Shown in pieces: positions 1 through 12,934 of a stretch of DNA of 64,000 bases (its first letter is position 1; every line of letters begins with the position of its first letter). Source of the stretch: Amphiscolops sp. MND2022 (lineage: Eukaryota); NCBI GenBank assembly GCA_964187785.1, contig OZ076409.1, positions 44,208,001-44,272,000 on the forward strand. Direction: 5' to 3'. The notes below the pieces were generated by a model, which saw only the letters and a list, made by a program, of their open reading frames with translations, was not told the DNA's origin and did no database searches. The position numbers and the translations under genes are program-made.

Positions 1-44
1 GAGAATTAGGTGTGGCGCCGATTTTAGACGTTCCTGTCTTGCTA

Positions 45-593
45 TTAGTCGGCGCGCTTTCCTTTTTAGGAAAAATGCCCGACTATTACAGTGACTCCTT
101 TTTTTAGTCGGCGCGTTTTCCTTCTAAGGAAAAATGCCCGACTATTACAGTGACTCTTTTTATAGTCGGCGCTTCCTTTTAAGGAAAAATGCCCGACTAT
201 AACAGTGACTCTTACTTTTCTTCAGACAACAATCCTCACACTGATCGGTCCACTTTTTAGAAACAATCCTGAAACCACCTAAGGCCAAGGCAAACTTAGT
301 CCGAAGGGTCCCCCCTGCATTGTTTTGATGTTTTGCGACAGAATGAATAGTGAAAAACCTCAAAGGGTCCCCCCATTCAGTTTTTCGGCATTGTGAGACT
401 TTAGCGCGCCAGGGGCTCGCGCTAGCGGGACCCGGCGCGCCACTCGGTCCATTTTTTTAGTAATTTTTTCAAAAAAAAAATTCGAAAAATTTTCGATTTT
501 CGAGTACTGTAAAAGAATACTTGACACTTGGAAGTCCTTTTGCTATTTTTGAGCCTTAGATATGGCGCCGACTTGGGCCGGTCCCGGCTTGTT
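45..593 (+). mobile_element. Helentron-associated (HINE/DINE-1-like) non-autonomous element with triplicated ~58 bp 5' module
   Basis: 5' TTAGTCGGCGC, 3' GCGCCGACTT plus hairpin GCCG-GTCC-CGGC plus TTGTT; internal AAAGGGTCCCCC repeats. Confidence 0.7.
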
Positions 594-631
594 CGTCTAA
601 TATTACGTTTTCTCATACATATCCACCAATA

Positions 632-1305
632 TTTTTAGTCGGCGCTTCATGAAGTGAAACCCGACTATTATAGTGACTCTTTTTTTTTCTATCCACACGA
701 ACTGACCAAAATAGTTCTACAAGTTCTATAAAATATTATTGCATCAAAATGCACTATTTGGTCTAGCGAACTGAACCAAAAAGGTTTTTCCTGTTTTTCC
801 GCGTAACATACCATACCGGGCGAGACCAAAGACTCCCCCCTTTCATTTTTTTCGGCACTGCGAGACTTTTCGAAAAAAAAATTTTTCCCCAAAGGGTCCC
901 CCCTGCATTTTTTTTGATGTTTTGCGACAGAATGGATGTTAAAAAATCCCAAAGGGTCCCCCCTTTCAGTTTTTTTTCAGCATTGTGAGATTTTTTCCCG
1001 AGAATGAAAATTTTTGTTTTCTTCAATTTTTTCATGTTTTGCGACAGAATGGATGTTGAAAAACCTCAAAGGGTCCACCCTTTCAGTTTTTCGGCATTGT
1101 GAGACTTTAGCGCGCCAGGGGCTCGCGCTAGCGAGCCCCGGCGCGCCACTCGGTCCATTTTTTTTGAAAATGTAATTTTTTCGAAAAATTTTTTTCAAAA
1201 AATTTCGATTTTCGAGTACTGTAAAAGAGTACTTGACACTTGGAAGTCTTTTTGCTATTTTTGAGCCTTGGATATGGCGCCGACTTGGGCCGGTCCCGGC
1301 TTGTT
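632..1305 (+). mobile_element. HINE-like element
   Basis: Same subterminal inverted repeat and 3' hairpin; near-identical to 11650-12337. Confidence 0.75.
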
Positions 1306-1329
1306 TACTTTCTCAAAGAAACATAAAAC

Positions 1330-1586
1330 CGGACGTGCCTAAAGGGTCCCCTTTGGATTTTTTCCGGCACTGTGCCACTTTTTTTCGAAAATTTTTAAAT
1401 GTACCCAAAGGGTTCGAGTTTTTTTGTTATTTTACATGTTAATTAATCCACAAGGGTCCCTTTCACATTTTCCGGCACTATGCGACATTTTTCAAAAAAA
1501 AATTTCAAGTTTTTTTTTCCAAAAAAATGTTTTGCGCTTTTTGAGCCTCAGATATAGCGCCGACTTTAGAAGTTCTCGTCTTGTTT
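1330..1586 (+). mobile_element. Partial HINE-like element (3' part)
   Basis: AAAGGGTCCC motifs; ends GCGCCGACTTTAGAAGTTCTCGTCTTGTT. Confidence 0.6.
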
Positions 1587-1690
1587 TAATTTATTGAGGA
1601 ATGAAGAGTCAAAACAAGTGTATCACTTGCAAAGAAAAAACTTCAACGTCATCAGTCATAATGCGAAATGAAGTCCATAGAATACCGAAT

Positions 1691-1760
1691 CCCAGTGGCT
1701 CAGTTTGTTAATGCGCATACCTGTGACACCGGGGGGTTGAGAGTTAGACTCCCGGACAGA
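1691..1760 (+). repeat. Degenerate tRNA-like sequence (possible SINE head)
   Basis: A-box-like GTGGCTCAGTTTGTTAA and B-box-like GTTAGACTCC at tRNA spacing; cloverleaf imperfect. Confidence 0.35.
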
Positions 1761-3846
1761 TCAACTTTTCTAAGCAATTCCGAACAACAATTTTGCCTAA
1801 AATCCTGATTTTGCTAAGCAATTCTAGCCTACGGCCAGTCTCTGTGTGCTTATTAAAAATGAACGTAGTGAATAACATTCATTTGCCATTCGAACCAAGA
1901 CAGAAAAAACATTTCACACATTTGGTCGGTTTTTCTCTACCTTTTAACCCGATTATAAGAGTTTGAGTGAACGACAGAGGTTTATAGGTGCCCGTCACAA
2001 CATTTTATAGAATGGTCCGAATACTACGTTAACTAATTTTTCCCTCCAGTCCAGAGAGCTCGCATCGTATGGCACACTTTCTACAAACTTGAGTAATGAG
2101 ATGTAAAACATATGTGAACAAAAGGGTCCCCTCTGTCAACTTTTCGGCACGCACTGACATTTTTCAGATTTTGGAAAAAGCAGCCTTCTAATATTTTAAA
2201 ATAACTTTCGCATTCCACACCGTAAGTGGAGCGCCGACTTTAGATGGTCTCGTCTTTTTTTCTACCAGACAGCAGACCAGAAACTGAAAGGTCCACTTTT
2301 TATAAGACTTTCAGCCTGAAATGTAAAGCGCATTCAATTATCCAAAAAATCCACTCCAACTTTGAAGGTTGTACGTTTTTACCTCATTACAATGCAACAG
2401 CAGAGGTTTGTAGCACAAGGTCTTGTTGTGTAAGGGTATAGGGATGTTTGTATGGGTCAAGGGCTCTTGCGAAAACTGGATTTTGCCGAAAAGGGAGTTT
2501 TGGAAATATCTGACTAATTTTTTGCAAGAAAAACAAATTTCAAACCAAACACGGTACCAACAAACTGTAAAGAAAAATGTGCTTATGAATGAGCTACTGC
2601 CCAAACGATTCAGAAATTAAAAAAGGTAGACTGCTTTAAAGCGTTGCTAGGTTAATTGGGGTTATGAATATTTGAAAGAGTCATCGTGGGATTAGGCGAT
2701 ATGCTAGATTAGGCGAGCATACGTAGCCAGAAATATTGCCTCGATATATGGTCTCAGCAATGAGACCATACGAGCGAAGTAATCAAAATTCAATTAAAAA
2801 ACGATTCTTAACAAATATATTTTCTGAGAATTCAAAATATCCTATCAAGTTGATGAGAACTTCGAATCGAAAGACCACAACCAATTTGTTTGGCTATGGA
2901 ATGTTGAAAACGTTCCAAACGTATCTGATCTAACTTGGCAGATAAATGAGTCCAATGTTACGACAATCGTAGCAGAAGATACTCTTGGGTACTGCTTTTG
3001 AGTTAAGTTGACAGTTTAGAATTTTCAAATACACGATAGGTTTAATGTGCTAGCTAGCTAAGTGTACATTGAACTTCCTACGAATTGCCCGAATTAGTGT
3101 GATCTTTCATAAATTGACTGAGATCCAAGAATTAACGAAGTGTTGTTAAACTTGAGTTGAAAAAAGTATAACCAGGACTTCTAGATGTGAGATTATACAA
3201 TTAGGTCACATAGTCTGGAAGCTAGCGACTAAGACCAGGTACGGATTTTATACACAACGTAACTCATTTCAAGGAATCCTGAAGCTAGCATTGACACTGA
3301 GTCTCAAACTGTAGGAAATAAGCAATTTCCAAAATTCTAGGAGGCGCAATCCAAATGTTTCGAACGGATTGAAAGTTTCTCAAGTGCTTTCTATTTCCCA
3401 GAATCCACGCAAAATTCAAAATTATAACATTTGAAAGACACGTTCAATTTCATAAAATAATACTTGGATCTAGAAAATGCAGATAAAACCGCATATCAAA
3501 TGAACAAAAGCAATTTTAAAGACCTTTTTTTTTCAGATAATGAATCAATTCATTTTTGTTTCTCAGATACCAGAATACATTTACCTGTGAATGTTAAAAA
3601 ACTTCATTTGAAACAGTAGTAATCATCAGCGTAGAAGATCGAAGCTATATCTTCCACGCGAGTTAAGGTTCAATACTTTTTTCGATGTTGGCAGAATTGA
3701 AGACACAATTTAGTTGTGGGCTCTACATGCTTTGCATTCCAATCAGGACAAAATGTATCTTCAATTGAAGCAGGACTGAAATAACAGGAAAAGTGTGAAA
3801 TAACTATACATTTGAAATAGAGTTGCAAATTAAACGACACACTGCA

Positions 3847-3942
3847 TCAGACATCGTCGAAATTAGCAGTAGTCTTCATCATGTTGGCCTGTGCTGCTTT
3901 CATGAGGTCTTCACTTTGTAGCATAGACAAATTCCAAGTTCT
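3847..3942 (-). CDS. ECH1: ECH1-like exon 8 (RTWNLSMLQSEDLMKAAQANMMKTTANFDDV*)
   Basis: ttgcAG acceptor; WN.SMLQ..DL motif; TGA at 3849-3847. The eight exons total 924 nt, i.e. 307 aa plus stop. Confidence 0.9.
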   Translation of the reverse strand, partial: RTWNLSMLQSEDLMKAAQANMMKTTANFDDV

Positions 3943-4265
3943 CTGCAAACAAAATGAACACGTTCTTCATTAGACTACGATTGAAAGCACCATCGACTGC
4001 ATTACTTTAATCATTCAAGGTAAGCTCGAAAATGAGAAGAGTACAAATTAATAATTTTTCAGAATCTTTTCCAACTTTAGTTTACATCTTTTCCAACTAG
4101 ATCCTAAGCTTTGAATAAATTCCAATTAAGGAATCCAGTTTTTTAGATATCAGGGAAAACCAGGGAACTTTCTGACTATTTCACGACTCCAAGTTACCTG
4201 GTTCTGTCGAAAGTTTTCCGACCACATAGTCTGAATAAAAGAGGATTCACATTCAAGATGAAATA

Positions 4266-5590
4266 CAGTGGTGAACGTTTCATTACGAACACTACCCTTT
4301 TATGACAATTTCAACACAAATACTAATTTTTAACAATAAGATGAACATATATTAATAGAAGCTTCTAAACCAAAATGAATACAAAAGAAAATTCGAGAAT
4401 CTCAATATTTAGTAAGACCTCCTCGGTTTTTGATTACTTCTGTTATTCTGTCTGGCATCGACATGACTAATATCTCACAATATTCGGGTGTTATAACACT
4501 ATCCCATGCTAATGAAATTTTTCTTACGAGATCGTCTTGTCCCTTGAGGAGCATTTGCCCGACTTTCCGCTTCAGAATAAACCATGCAAATTCTATATAT
4601 TTATATAGTGTTTATAATCCGGACTGTCTCCTGGCCAATCCAATACCTGAATATTTTCCGCTTGGAAAAATCTGGAAACTCTACTCGCTGTATGACAAGG
4701 AGCATTGTCATGCATAAATATATAAGCCTGATGTTGTAACATTTCGTTTTGAAGCCTCTCCCGTAATAAACGCTCATATATTCCTCCATTTACATGTACC
4801 CCAGTTTCGTAAATTTTCAATTGAGTACGACCATTCCTGCTGATACAGCCCCATATCATAATGGAAACTGGATGCTTGACGGTTTTCAATACATATTGTT
4901 GTAGGTATCTTGTACCTGGCGGTCTTCGAACAATTACCAGTTGGTAAAACACGTATCATGGTTTCATCGGAAAAGAAAACTTTTGCCCAATCTTCCCAGG
5001 AAAACGCCGCGTACGGTTTTGCAAATTGCAGCCTCCTGCGACGCATAGATTTGGTTAAAAGTGGTTTTCTGGCTGCTCGATAACCATTTAGGTTGAATTT
5101 CTCACGTAGGATTTGTCGAATATGCCCAGCGGAATAAACCATCCCATATGGTTCAAGGTACTTTTTAAGGTCACTGGAAGATGCAAATGGATTACGTTTA
5201 ATTTTTCGAAGCAAAAGGCGCAAAGTCCGTTCAGAATTCTTTGATCTTTTTTGGAAGGTTTCTCTGGGTTTTTTGAGACCCGATGATGCATTTTCTTTCC
5301 ATTTTTTGCAACAGGAAGTGGCTGAAATGTTCAATACTTGGGCAATTTTTCGGTATAACACCAAGTTTGATAAGCATTATTACTCTCTCTGTAATCTCTA
5401 AGGGATGGTCTTTTCTGCGCCCCATTTAGTAAATTTATGTTGGAACGTAAATGTATGTTGAATTCTAAATGTTTTAATAACGTTTTCAATGTTTTCGAAA
5501 ACCGGATGTGAAGTGTGAAAGCAAAATGTGTGAATAAACGTTTCCTATAACATGAAATTGTTAAAGTTCGTAATGATACGTTTACCACTG
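4266..5590 (-). mobile_element. Tc1/mariner (Tc1-like) transposon in ECH1 intron 7
   Basis: 25 bp TIRs CAGTGGTGAACGTTTCATTACGAAC / GTTCGTAATGATACGTTTACCACTG (2 mismatches); TA on both sides (4264-65, 5591-92). Confidence 0.95.
4402..5425 (-). pseudogene. Frameshifted Tc1 transposase
   Basis: Split over ORFs 5231-5425, 4774-5364 and 4593-4952: MGRRK, ARKPLL, FSDET, IWGCIS, DNAPCH, WPGDSPD, C-terminal GGLTKY*. Confidence 0.92.
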
Positions 5591-5607
5591 TACGTCTTCC
5601 AACTCAC

Positions 5608-5830
5608 CACTTGATCTAATCCAGTTTGAACAGGATGATCTCTTGCATACACAAGTGCTCGCTTGGTTCCCTGAACTGCAACCGGACTTTTAGATGCAAT
5701 CAGCTCAGCAACTTTCACAGCCTCTTCCACCATTTTATCTTTGTCCTCCAAAACCTTGGATACCATGCCTATTGAAAGAGCTTCATCGGAATCCACTTTT
5801 CTAGCTGTGTACGCAATTTCTCGCAGTGCA
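5608..5830 (-). CDS. ECH1: ECH1-like exon 7 (ALREIAYTARK...SKSPVAVQGTKRALVYARDH...DQV)
   Basis: gacAG acceptor, GTGAGT donor; lies within ORF 5545-5973. Confidence 0.95.
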
Positions 5831-5851
5831 CTGTCAACGACACTCACCATT

Positions 5852-6228
5852 AAAAAAACAAGCCGGGAACGGCCCAAGTCGGTGCCATATCTAAGGCTCA
5901 AAAATAGCAAAAGGACTTCAAGTGTCGAAGTATTCTCTTCTACGGTACCCAAAAAACCCAAAAATTGGACCAAATTGGCGCGCCAGGGGGGACTCTTTTA
6001 CATTTTCCATCCATTCTGTCGCAAATCATCAAAAATTGAAGGGGGACCGACCCTTTGGTGAAAATGCAAAAAAGCTAAAAGGGGACCCTTTAGTCTCGTC
6101 CAGTTTTGTATGTTATTATAAAAAAGGAACAACTCTTATAGTTCAGTTCTATTTTGGACACTTTCAGAGTGTCGAAAAAAAAACAAAAAAAATACTGACG
6201 AAAAGTCATGACTATAGTCGCCGACTAA
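5852..6228 (-). mobile_element. HINE-like element about 20 nt from the exon 7 acceptor
   Basis: Reverse complement of family termini: AACAAGCCGGGAACGGCCCAAGTCGGTGCC ... CGCCGACTAA. Confidence 0.7.
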
Positions 6229-7121
6229 AACGAACTTTTCCTCAGAAAAACTTTCCAGCGATTTTCAATACAAGGTCGTATTTGAAACCCGTATACAGCA
6301 GCAAAAATCAGCAAATAGCCCCCTGAGTTGAGCACTGAAAATGAAGAAAATCGACATCTTCGGATCTCAATATTTCCGCAACTGTAGAATATTTTCCAAC
6401 ACCGAAAAAGTATGTATATCAGTTTCACACTTCTTTTGGGATAAAATCTAATTTGCAGATATTAATTATAACTCAGGGTAAATTCCAAAAAACGTCCAAA
6501 TCCGAAACTATAAATGTTGTTACTTGATTTGAGAACAATCAATAATCCTGTAACGTGAACAATAATATTACAAGTGAAGTCTAAGTGATTAATTATTTAA
6601 GTCTTAAGTCAACACTCGATCGCCCATTGCCAACAAAATTCAGCTAGCCTAATGCTAAAACAAATCAAGAGGAGCAGTGGCACTGCTACATTTTTGGTAT
6701 ACTGTTACATCAAAGCATTTCTGATGGGGGGCTTAAGGCTTTCTTCCGAAAAAAAAGTATTCGAAATTACCCTACCCAAAAGTTGTGACCCTCCAGGCTA
6801 GAAACACGTTTTATAAACTGAAAACATCGGAAAAAACCGGAGCAACGAACTTCTAGCAAAAAAATCGTAAAAAGTTGTAGAGCCGAAAAAGCGTTTTCCA
6901 CAATTATTGAAAAAACACTTATCAGTCCCAGAGACGTCACCCTTCAGACTCGAAAAACTTTTACTTAACAGAAAATCTCAAAAAAGGAAAAATTGAATGA
7001 AAAAATATCCTATGTTTCACAGTTCCGAATTGCTCGAATGTGGCCTCTATGTTTGCAAATACTAAAAAAACAGTACGACAAACACAACCAAAACAGTATT
7101 CAATGAAAATGTTCAAAATAC

Positions 7122-7257
7122 CTGTCGTTTGCCATCGATTTTGGGAGACGTTGCAATGCGCCCACATCTGCCGCGATACCAATGTCAACTTCCTTCAACT
7201 GGAACCACGCGTCTTTGCTGCAATACCGAATATCACATGCTGCTATCAAATTCAAGC
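7122..7257 (-). CDS. ECH1: ECH1-like exon 6 (LNLIAACDIRYCSKDAWFQLKEVDIGIAADVGALQRLPK)
   Basis: Retains the acidic active-site motifs CDIRY, KEVD and AADVG of dienoyl-CoA isomerase; AG/GT boundaries. Confidence 0.95.
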
Positions 7258-8398
7258 CTGAAATATTTCTCCAGTCAAACACTTCAAATTCTCGCGTTTT
7301 GACACTTTAAATGAGCTTCTTTTACATCACATTCATTTCGAGTGTTTCTATGAAGCTAGATATCAGAAAGATTAAAAACTGAGCTTTCTGGTGCCATTGA
7401 ATACCCACCACGACACAAGATTTCAAAATGACACATTAGTTCTTTTCCAAACACATTAGTCAATTGAAAAATGGAACAGAACCAAAATCAAGGGAATTTG
7501 AATCAGAATGCAAATTTTATTTCAAACACGTCGCAAGGAACACGATTTATCCCGTGATTTGTGGGACTTCCTACAGGAGTTCAATAATTATGAATCTTTA
7601 AATGGTCGTAAATTGTACCATTCTTTCCAAAGAAAGTAAACTTGAGTCCAAGATGAAAAACGCCAGTATAAGCTATCTACCCAACTTTTGAACGTGGAAA
7701 AGAGATAATGTAGTTTTTTATACTGTAAAAGGAAAACGAACATTTCATTGTATGGCATCCATGAAGTTTAAGAGACCTCAAACTAACAATGGTGACATTC
7801 ATGGTGAAGTCATCTGTTCCATCTGCAGCACTTGCATAATTCTATGGCTGCATGTAGAAAAATAAAAAAACATCTATCATCTTTCATATCAGAAAAAGCA
7901 TCTATCAAATGAAAGTTTCAACAAAAAATACACTGTACAATAGCAGTCAACACTTGGTCGGCTCTTTGAAAAACAGGTAGTCGAAGTAGTGAATATCTCC
8001 TTTCAAGAACACACATAATCATTCATTTATGACAATTTGAAATCTTTCCACGCTGATAGAACAGTCTACATGATGTCCCATGGAAATACTTCCAATAAGT
8101 GTTTGAAGACTTTTGATGAAATTAAAGATGGAACAACCGCGTGGCTTCCTCAATCAAAAAATTGTCCAGAGATTTTTTAACATTCCATCATTTTACGCTT
8201 GACCGAAGTCATAAAAAGCAAAAGATGCATTTAAATTTCCTAAATTTGAAGTAAAATATGAATTGGCATCAAACATGAAAAAAATCGAAGTTGGCTGGCT
8301 ATTCTGGTGAATTAGTGTGGTTTTAGAAGCAATGGTAGCCAAGCATGAGCCAGAGCAGAACGGAGATTCCTTATTAGGTAATAATCACAATTTCTCAC

Positions 8399-8447
8399 CT
8401 CCTCCGATGCATCCATTGTGTACAGCAGCTATGACAGGTTTATCGCA
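8399..8447 (-). CDS. ECH1: ECH1-like exon 5 (CDKPVIAAVHNGCIGGG)
   Basis: tttttcAG acceptor, GTGAG donor; crotonase KPVIAAVH.GCIGGG signature. Confidence 0.95.
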
Positions 8448-8858
8448 CTGAAAAAGAAATGCAGAATAGGAGATGAATTATTGAAAATTAAAGCAAAGGC
8501 TTATCAAGCAAGCTAGAAAAAAGGCGACCAGGCCACACACTTAATATCACCTGTCTGCTCAGCCAAAATATACTCTTGCTGAACTAAAGACGGACAATGC
8601 GAGTGGTTGATCAATAATTTCGTTTACAGAAAGCACCACTCAAGTCCTATTCAAAGTAGTATAGAACGCTTCGCTTATATCACGTTTATTCACTTCCAAA
8701 ACCAGAGAATACTCTCTGAAGTATACGAAATATAATTTCCATGGATTCACACCCACGTGCATGATATTGTTTCCAGGGAAGACTACATTTTAGAGCTATT
8801 CGACGACAATTTAAAGTAGTTGAAAAAAGGGAAAATTCAGGGAAAAATTTTTGCATAC

Positions 8859-8989
8859 TATTTCGATGGCAGTGAAGTCGTTTTGATAGCGTTCCACGAG
8901 GCGATCAATTAGGAAACTTCGTCTCCCAACATCTGACTCTTTCGCCACTGACTCCCCGAAGCTCTGCATGAAGTCAACCAAATCAATTC
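8859..8989 (-). CDS. ECH1: ECH1-like exon 4 (IDLVDFMQSF...RYQNDFTAIEI)
   Basis: AG/GT boundaries; in frame; GIDL and RYQ..F..IE motifs. Confidence 0.9.
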
Positions 8990-10050
8990 CTGACTAAACA
9001 CATTTTTGTAACAATTTATTGAGAAATGAGATTTATATATTCATTCGCTGGAAAGGGAACATGACCATATGCAGTTGGAATGCTTCCAAACCATGGAGTT
9101 TTGATGGAACTAATCATTTTGCAGACACGATAAATAAAGTTAGACCAATTCAGATGAAAAGGATATTTTAAAAAATGAAGGAGGACAAAAAACATATGCA
9201 TCTGGCGGAAACAGCTATATCAAGACATACTTAAGAGAGGCCTTCACAAGTTTCCCTCTGCTACGAAACAAGAGAACACATTTTAACACTGTTTTGCATG
9301 ATGGCGCCATGCGACGGGCTGCTGCATAATTTAGCCAAGAATTGAAGCACAGTCTATTTAACAGTCGAAAAGATTCGTGTGAAATGGAATGAAAGCATTG
9401 GCAGGGGACTTTCTTCTAATCCACCCATTAGCATCGCATAGCAACAGACGGCGGATTTTAATTGACAGTTCAATTAGGAAGAATTTGTGCCATTCCGGAG
9501 AGGCGGAATAATTCTTGTTATTCTTGTCCCCTTTTATTTTTAGAGCATAGCGGACGAACGTGTTAGCTACTACTCCGTACAATAACTCCAGTACTGGTAT
9601 TACTACCACACTTCCAGGATACCCTGCATTCGCAATACATTACATGCACTCAGGTATACAATTCTACCTCTCACACAATTGTCACTACTTTGTAGGCAGA
9701 CATTGAGATAAGGGGCGCTGCAAGAATAATGGCATTGCGGTATCTATTATTTCAAAAGTAAGACATTTTGCAAAATCTGTTCATCATTAAGTCTGGGGCA
9801 GACACACCATACCAACTATATTCAGCACCAGAAATATTTTCATTCACTTTCTCAAACACGTGGAATTGTATGTTTTCATACCTGTTGGATCACGCCTCAA
9901 ACTTATTAAGTTATTATTATACATAAATGCATTTGAACTTTTAAGGCATGCTTGCATTATATCTGAAATTTTTAGACTGAATCATATTTGAAAGAAGTAA
10001 TAAAAACGTTTTGAATATTCTAAGAAGCTGATTGAAGTCAACTGAAAAAA

Positions 10051-10124
10051 CATAAAAGAAGCTGTAAGTGAATAAACATAAAAGAAGCTGTAAGTGAATA
10101 AACATAAAAGAAGCTGTAAGTGAA
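10051..10124. repeat. 26 bp minisatellite x~3
   Basis: CATAAAAGAAGCTGTAAGTGAATAAA repeated head to tail. Confidence 0.9.
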
Positions 10125-10146
10125 TGAGTTCAATAAGCGAACACAC

Positions 10147-10235
10147 CTGCACAAAAGTGTTTGCCATTTCCTGAGAGTATGATAGAACGGCATTCCCGAT
10201 ATGTAGACAGGAAACGGAAACAGTCGCCCACTTCC
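10147..10235 (-). CDS. ECH1: ECH1-like exon 3 (EVGDCFRFLSTYRECRSIILSGNGKHFCAG)
   Basis: ttttcAG and GT boundaries; phases fit exons 2 and 4; resembles CRAVVISGAGKMFTAG of ECH1. Confidence 0.9.
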
Positions 10236-11149
10236 CTGAAAAACATCAGGCATCTTCATCCAACATTATCAGCCATGACGAGAAAAGATTAAAGGCGCTA
10301 TCAAGGAAAAACTTTTCATGATAAAAGGTTATAAAAGCAAGATGCTTCAATTTATTTTAAATGAGCGTACGTATATCTCACATATCTTGCAGACTTGTGC
10401 ATTGATTTAAAACCCTTTGTGTTTTGATTAGAAGCTTCAAAGCGACATCAATTCCCATAAGTCTCCTCCTTCCTCACACTTCAAAGGCTTTGTTGTAGGT
10501 GATAGAGGAATTTTATAGCCGAGCAGTCTTGAGCCAATACTGGAAACTAGAATAACATTTCTCGTGATTGGAAATGAACCAATTCTCAAAACGCTATTTT
10601 TTCACAACTTGCTGAACAGCTAATTCCAAAATTGCTGAACAGAAGTGTTACAAACTGTTGGAAGGTACTTGAAGTTCGCTACAGAATGGAATGGACTGAG
10701 AAGCGTTTAATTGAATTAACAATAGAACTTGCATATCTCATGAGCCACTAACCACTCAATCGTTTACCCACAAATTCACTTGATTAGCGATGTCAAATAG
10801 TGCATTAAGTGAGTCGCTTCCCACGAATCGAATGAAAAAAGATCGAAAAACGAATGAGAAAATTCAATTGGAATGAATAGGGAGAATTTTTTATTCAAAT
10901 ACTTTTCTATACAGAAACCCCGAGTATAGGTTAGATAGCAAATGTTCGAATCCTTGTTAAAGAAAGGGCAAGTCGGAAAGGGTGTCAGAATCGCCGCAAG
11001 CGGCTGAAAATCTTTAGTGTCAGTCCCGAAAAAAGAAATCCGAAAATACCGGCATAATTGTGGAAAATTTATAAAATACAGCACAGAATTGTCGAGGTGA
11101 AAAAAAGATTAGCAAAAATTGGCTAGTATTTGAGCCTTCTCTGGTTTTC

Positions 11150-12470
11150 CTGGTACTTGTAAACTTCTTTGACATTTTGGGGATGTTCAAACGTAAGGGT
11201 GAAAAACATTGACGTCAAAGAAAGTGCTATTCAAACGAAAATGGTTGCCCTTCATCTCTATCCTGACCTCGTCTTCAGTGGTAGTCGCTTTGGTTCAGAG
11301 GGATTCGCATCTTAACGGCAGTAGTTTTAGCTCTATCTCTACAAACGTCCCGCAGGAGTATCGCAAAAATCTCTCGGATTTCGTTGTCATCCGCATTCAG
11401 CACAATACAGGGCATGAAAGAGTCTGGAAGCCTCACACTAGAGGGATACGGATAGGTTTTTCGGTTCTCACCCGTACCTGATCAGTAGACACGCTACGAA
11501 ACTCTGTTTCAGTCAGCAAGAAGCCATATTGTTGTATAGACAGGGCGTTGAGCCAATTCGACGATCCTTTCTCTGAAGCTAACCGCAGAGCATACAATTC
11601 TTGATAGGTAGAATTTTCTTCAAGAGTTTCCAGCTTAGTATATACTTCGTTTTTAGTCGGCGCTTCATGAAGTGAAACGCGACTATTATAGTGACTCTTT
11701 TTTTTTCTATCCACACGAACTGACCAAAATAGTTCTACAAAAGTTCTACAAAATATTATTGCACCAAAATGCACTATTTGGTCTAGCGAACTGAACCAAA
11801 ATGGTTTTACCTGTTTTTCCGCGTAACATACCAAACCGGGCGAGACCAAAGAGTCCCCCCTTTCAATTTTTTTCGGCACTGCGAGACATTTTTTTTCGGA
11901 ATTTTTTTTCGAAATTTTTTTCCCCAAAGGGTCCCCCCTGCATTTTTTTGATGTTTTGCGACAGAATGGATGTTGAAAAACCTCAAAGGGTCCCCCTTTC
12001 AGTTTTTTTCGGCATTGTGAGATTTTTTTCCCGAAAATGAAAAAAAAATTTTCTTCAATTTTTTCATGTTTTGCGACAGAATGGATGTTGAAAAACCTCA
12101 AAGGGTCCCCCCTTTCAGTTTTTCGGCATTGTGAGACTTTAGCGCGCCAGGGGCTCGCGCTAGCGAGCCCCGGCGCGCCACTCGGTCCATTTTTTTAGTA
12201 TGTAATTTTTTCAAAAAAAAAATTTTCGAAAAATTTTCGATTTTCGAGTACTGTAAAAGAATACTTGACACTTGGAAGTCTTTTTGCTATTTTTGAGCCT
12301 TGGATATGGCGCCGACTTGGGCCGGTCCCGGCTTGTTTTTTCTTTCATGATACTCTTCAAGATTCCGTTTCGCGAATGTCCAGCAGTCGGTGAGTCGTTG
12401 CTGCTGATACAATCTCTGGAGACTCGAGACGATCTTCAGGTATGAACGCCATTGTTACTGGACGGTAATG
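11150..12470 (-). mobile_element. CRE-like (RLE) non-LTR retroposon fragment interrupted by a HINE-like element
   Basis: EKGSSNWLNAL, EFR and EDEVRID motifs; sequence continues on the far side of the 11650-12337 insert. Confidence 0.65.
11650..12337 (+). mobile_element. HINE-like element inserted in a T run
   Basis: TTTTTAGTCGGCGC ... GCGCCGACTTGGGCCGGTCCCGGCTTGTTTTTT; no target duplication. Confidence 0.75.
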
Positions 12471-12934
12471 TCACTGTATTCTGTAATCTGCTGCCAGGTC
12501 CCAAAACGCGATAACCGTCCAGAAAACCTACATTTTCCGTTCCGAAAATTCTTGACTTTGCCAATGAAATCGAGTTTTGTGATGATGTTAAAGTAATAAA
12601 GTAGTAAAGATCAGCGTTGTTGAAATTCAAACACCTTATACCTAGAAATATTGGGCCCTGGCTGCTACGCTATTGAAATGGAATTCAGAAGAAAAAACGA
12701 CTAAAGGCTTTTATGATTGTCAGTCTATAATATTTAGCATGACGCCGACTAAATGAGCGCAACGATATTTCACACCTAGTATTTCAATTAGGCTATGAAA
12801 CGGGAGTACGCCTCGGGAATTGAAATCACCAAAAACCCTGAAAAATAGGCGAGCTAAATTGGTCGAAAGTCGTTGAAAAATTGACTTCTGGGAGATTTTC
12901 CTGGACCAAAGTTGATATTTTAACTTTTTCATTT

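Noticed and set aside
1691..1760. Functional tRNA gene
   Set aside because: T-loop (GTTAGA) and stems are degenerate; kept only as a possible SINE head.
2956..3429. TG...CA segment as a solo LTR
   Set aside because: No TSD and no second copy in the window.
3585..3775. AG/GT-bounded segment downstream of ECH1 as an extra coding exon
   Set aside because: Stops in all three frames; at most UTR.
10051..10124. Short direct repeats as CRISPR arrays (also 20538-20623, 21190-21335, 32540-32750)
   Set aside because: Head-to-tail units without unique spacers, no cas genes, eukaryotic context.
11433..12101. 222 aa ORF as a gene
   Set aside because: Chance fusion of antisense HINE sequence and a CRE fragment.
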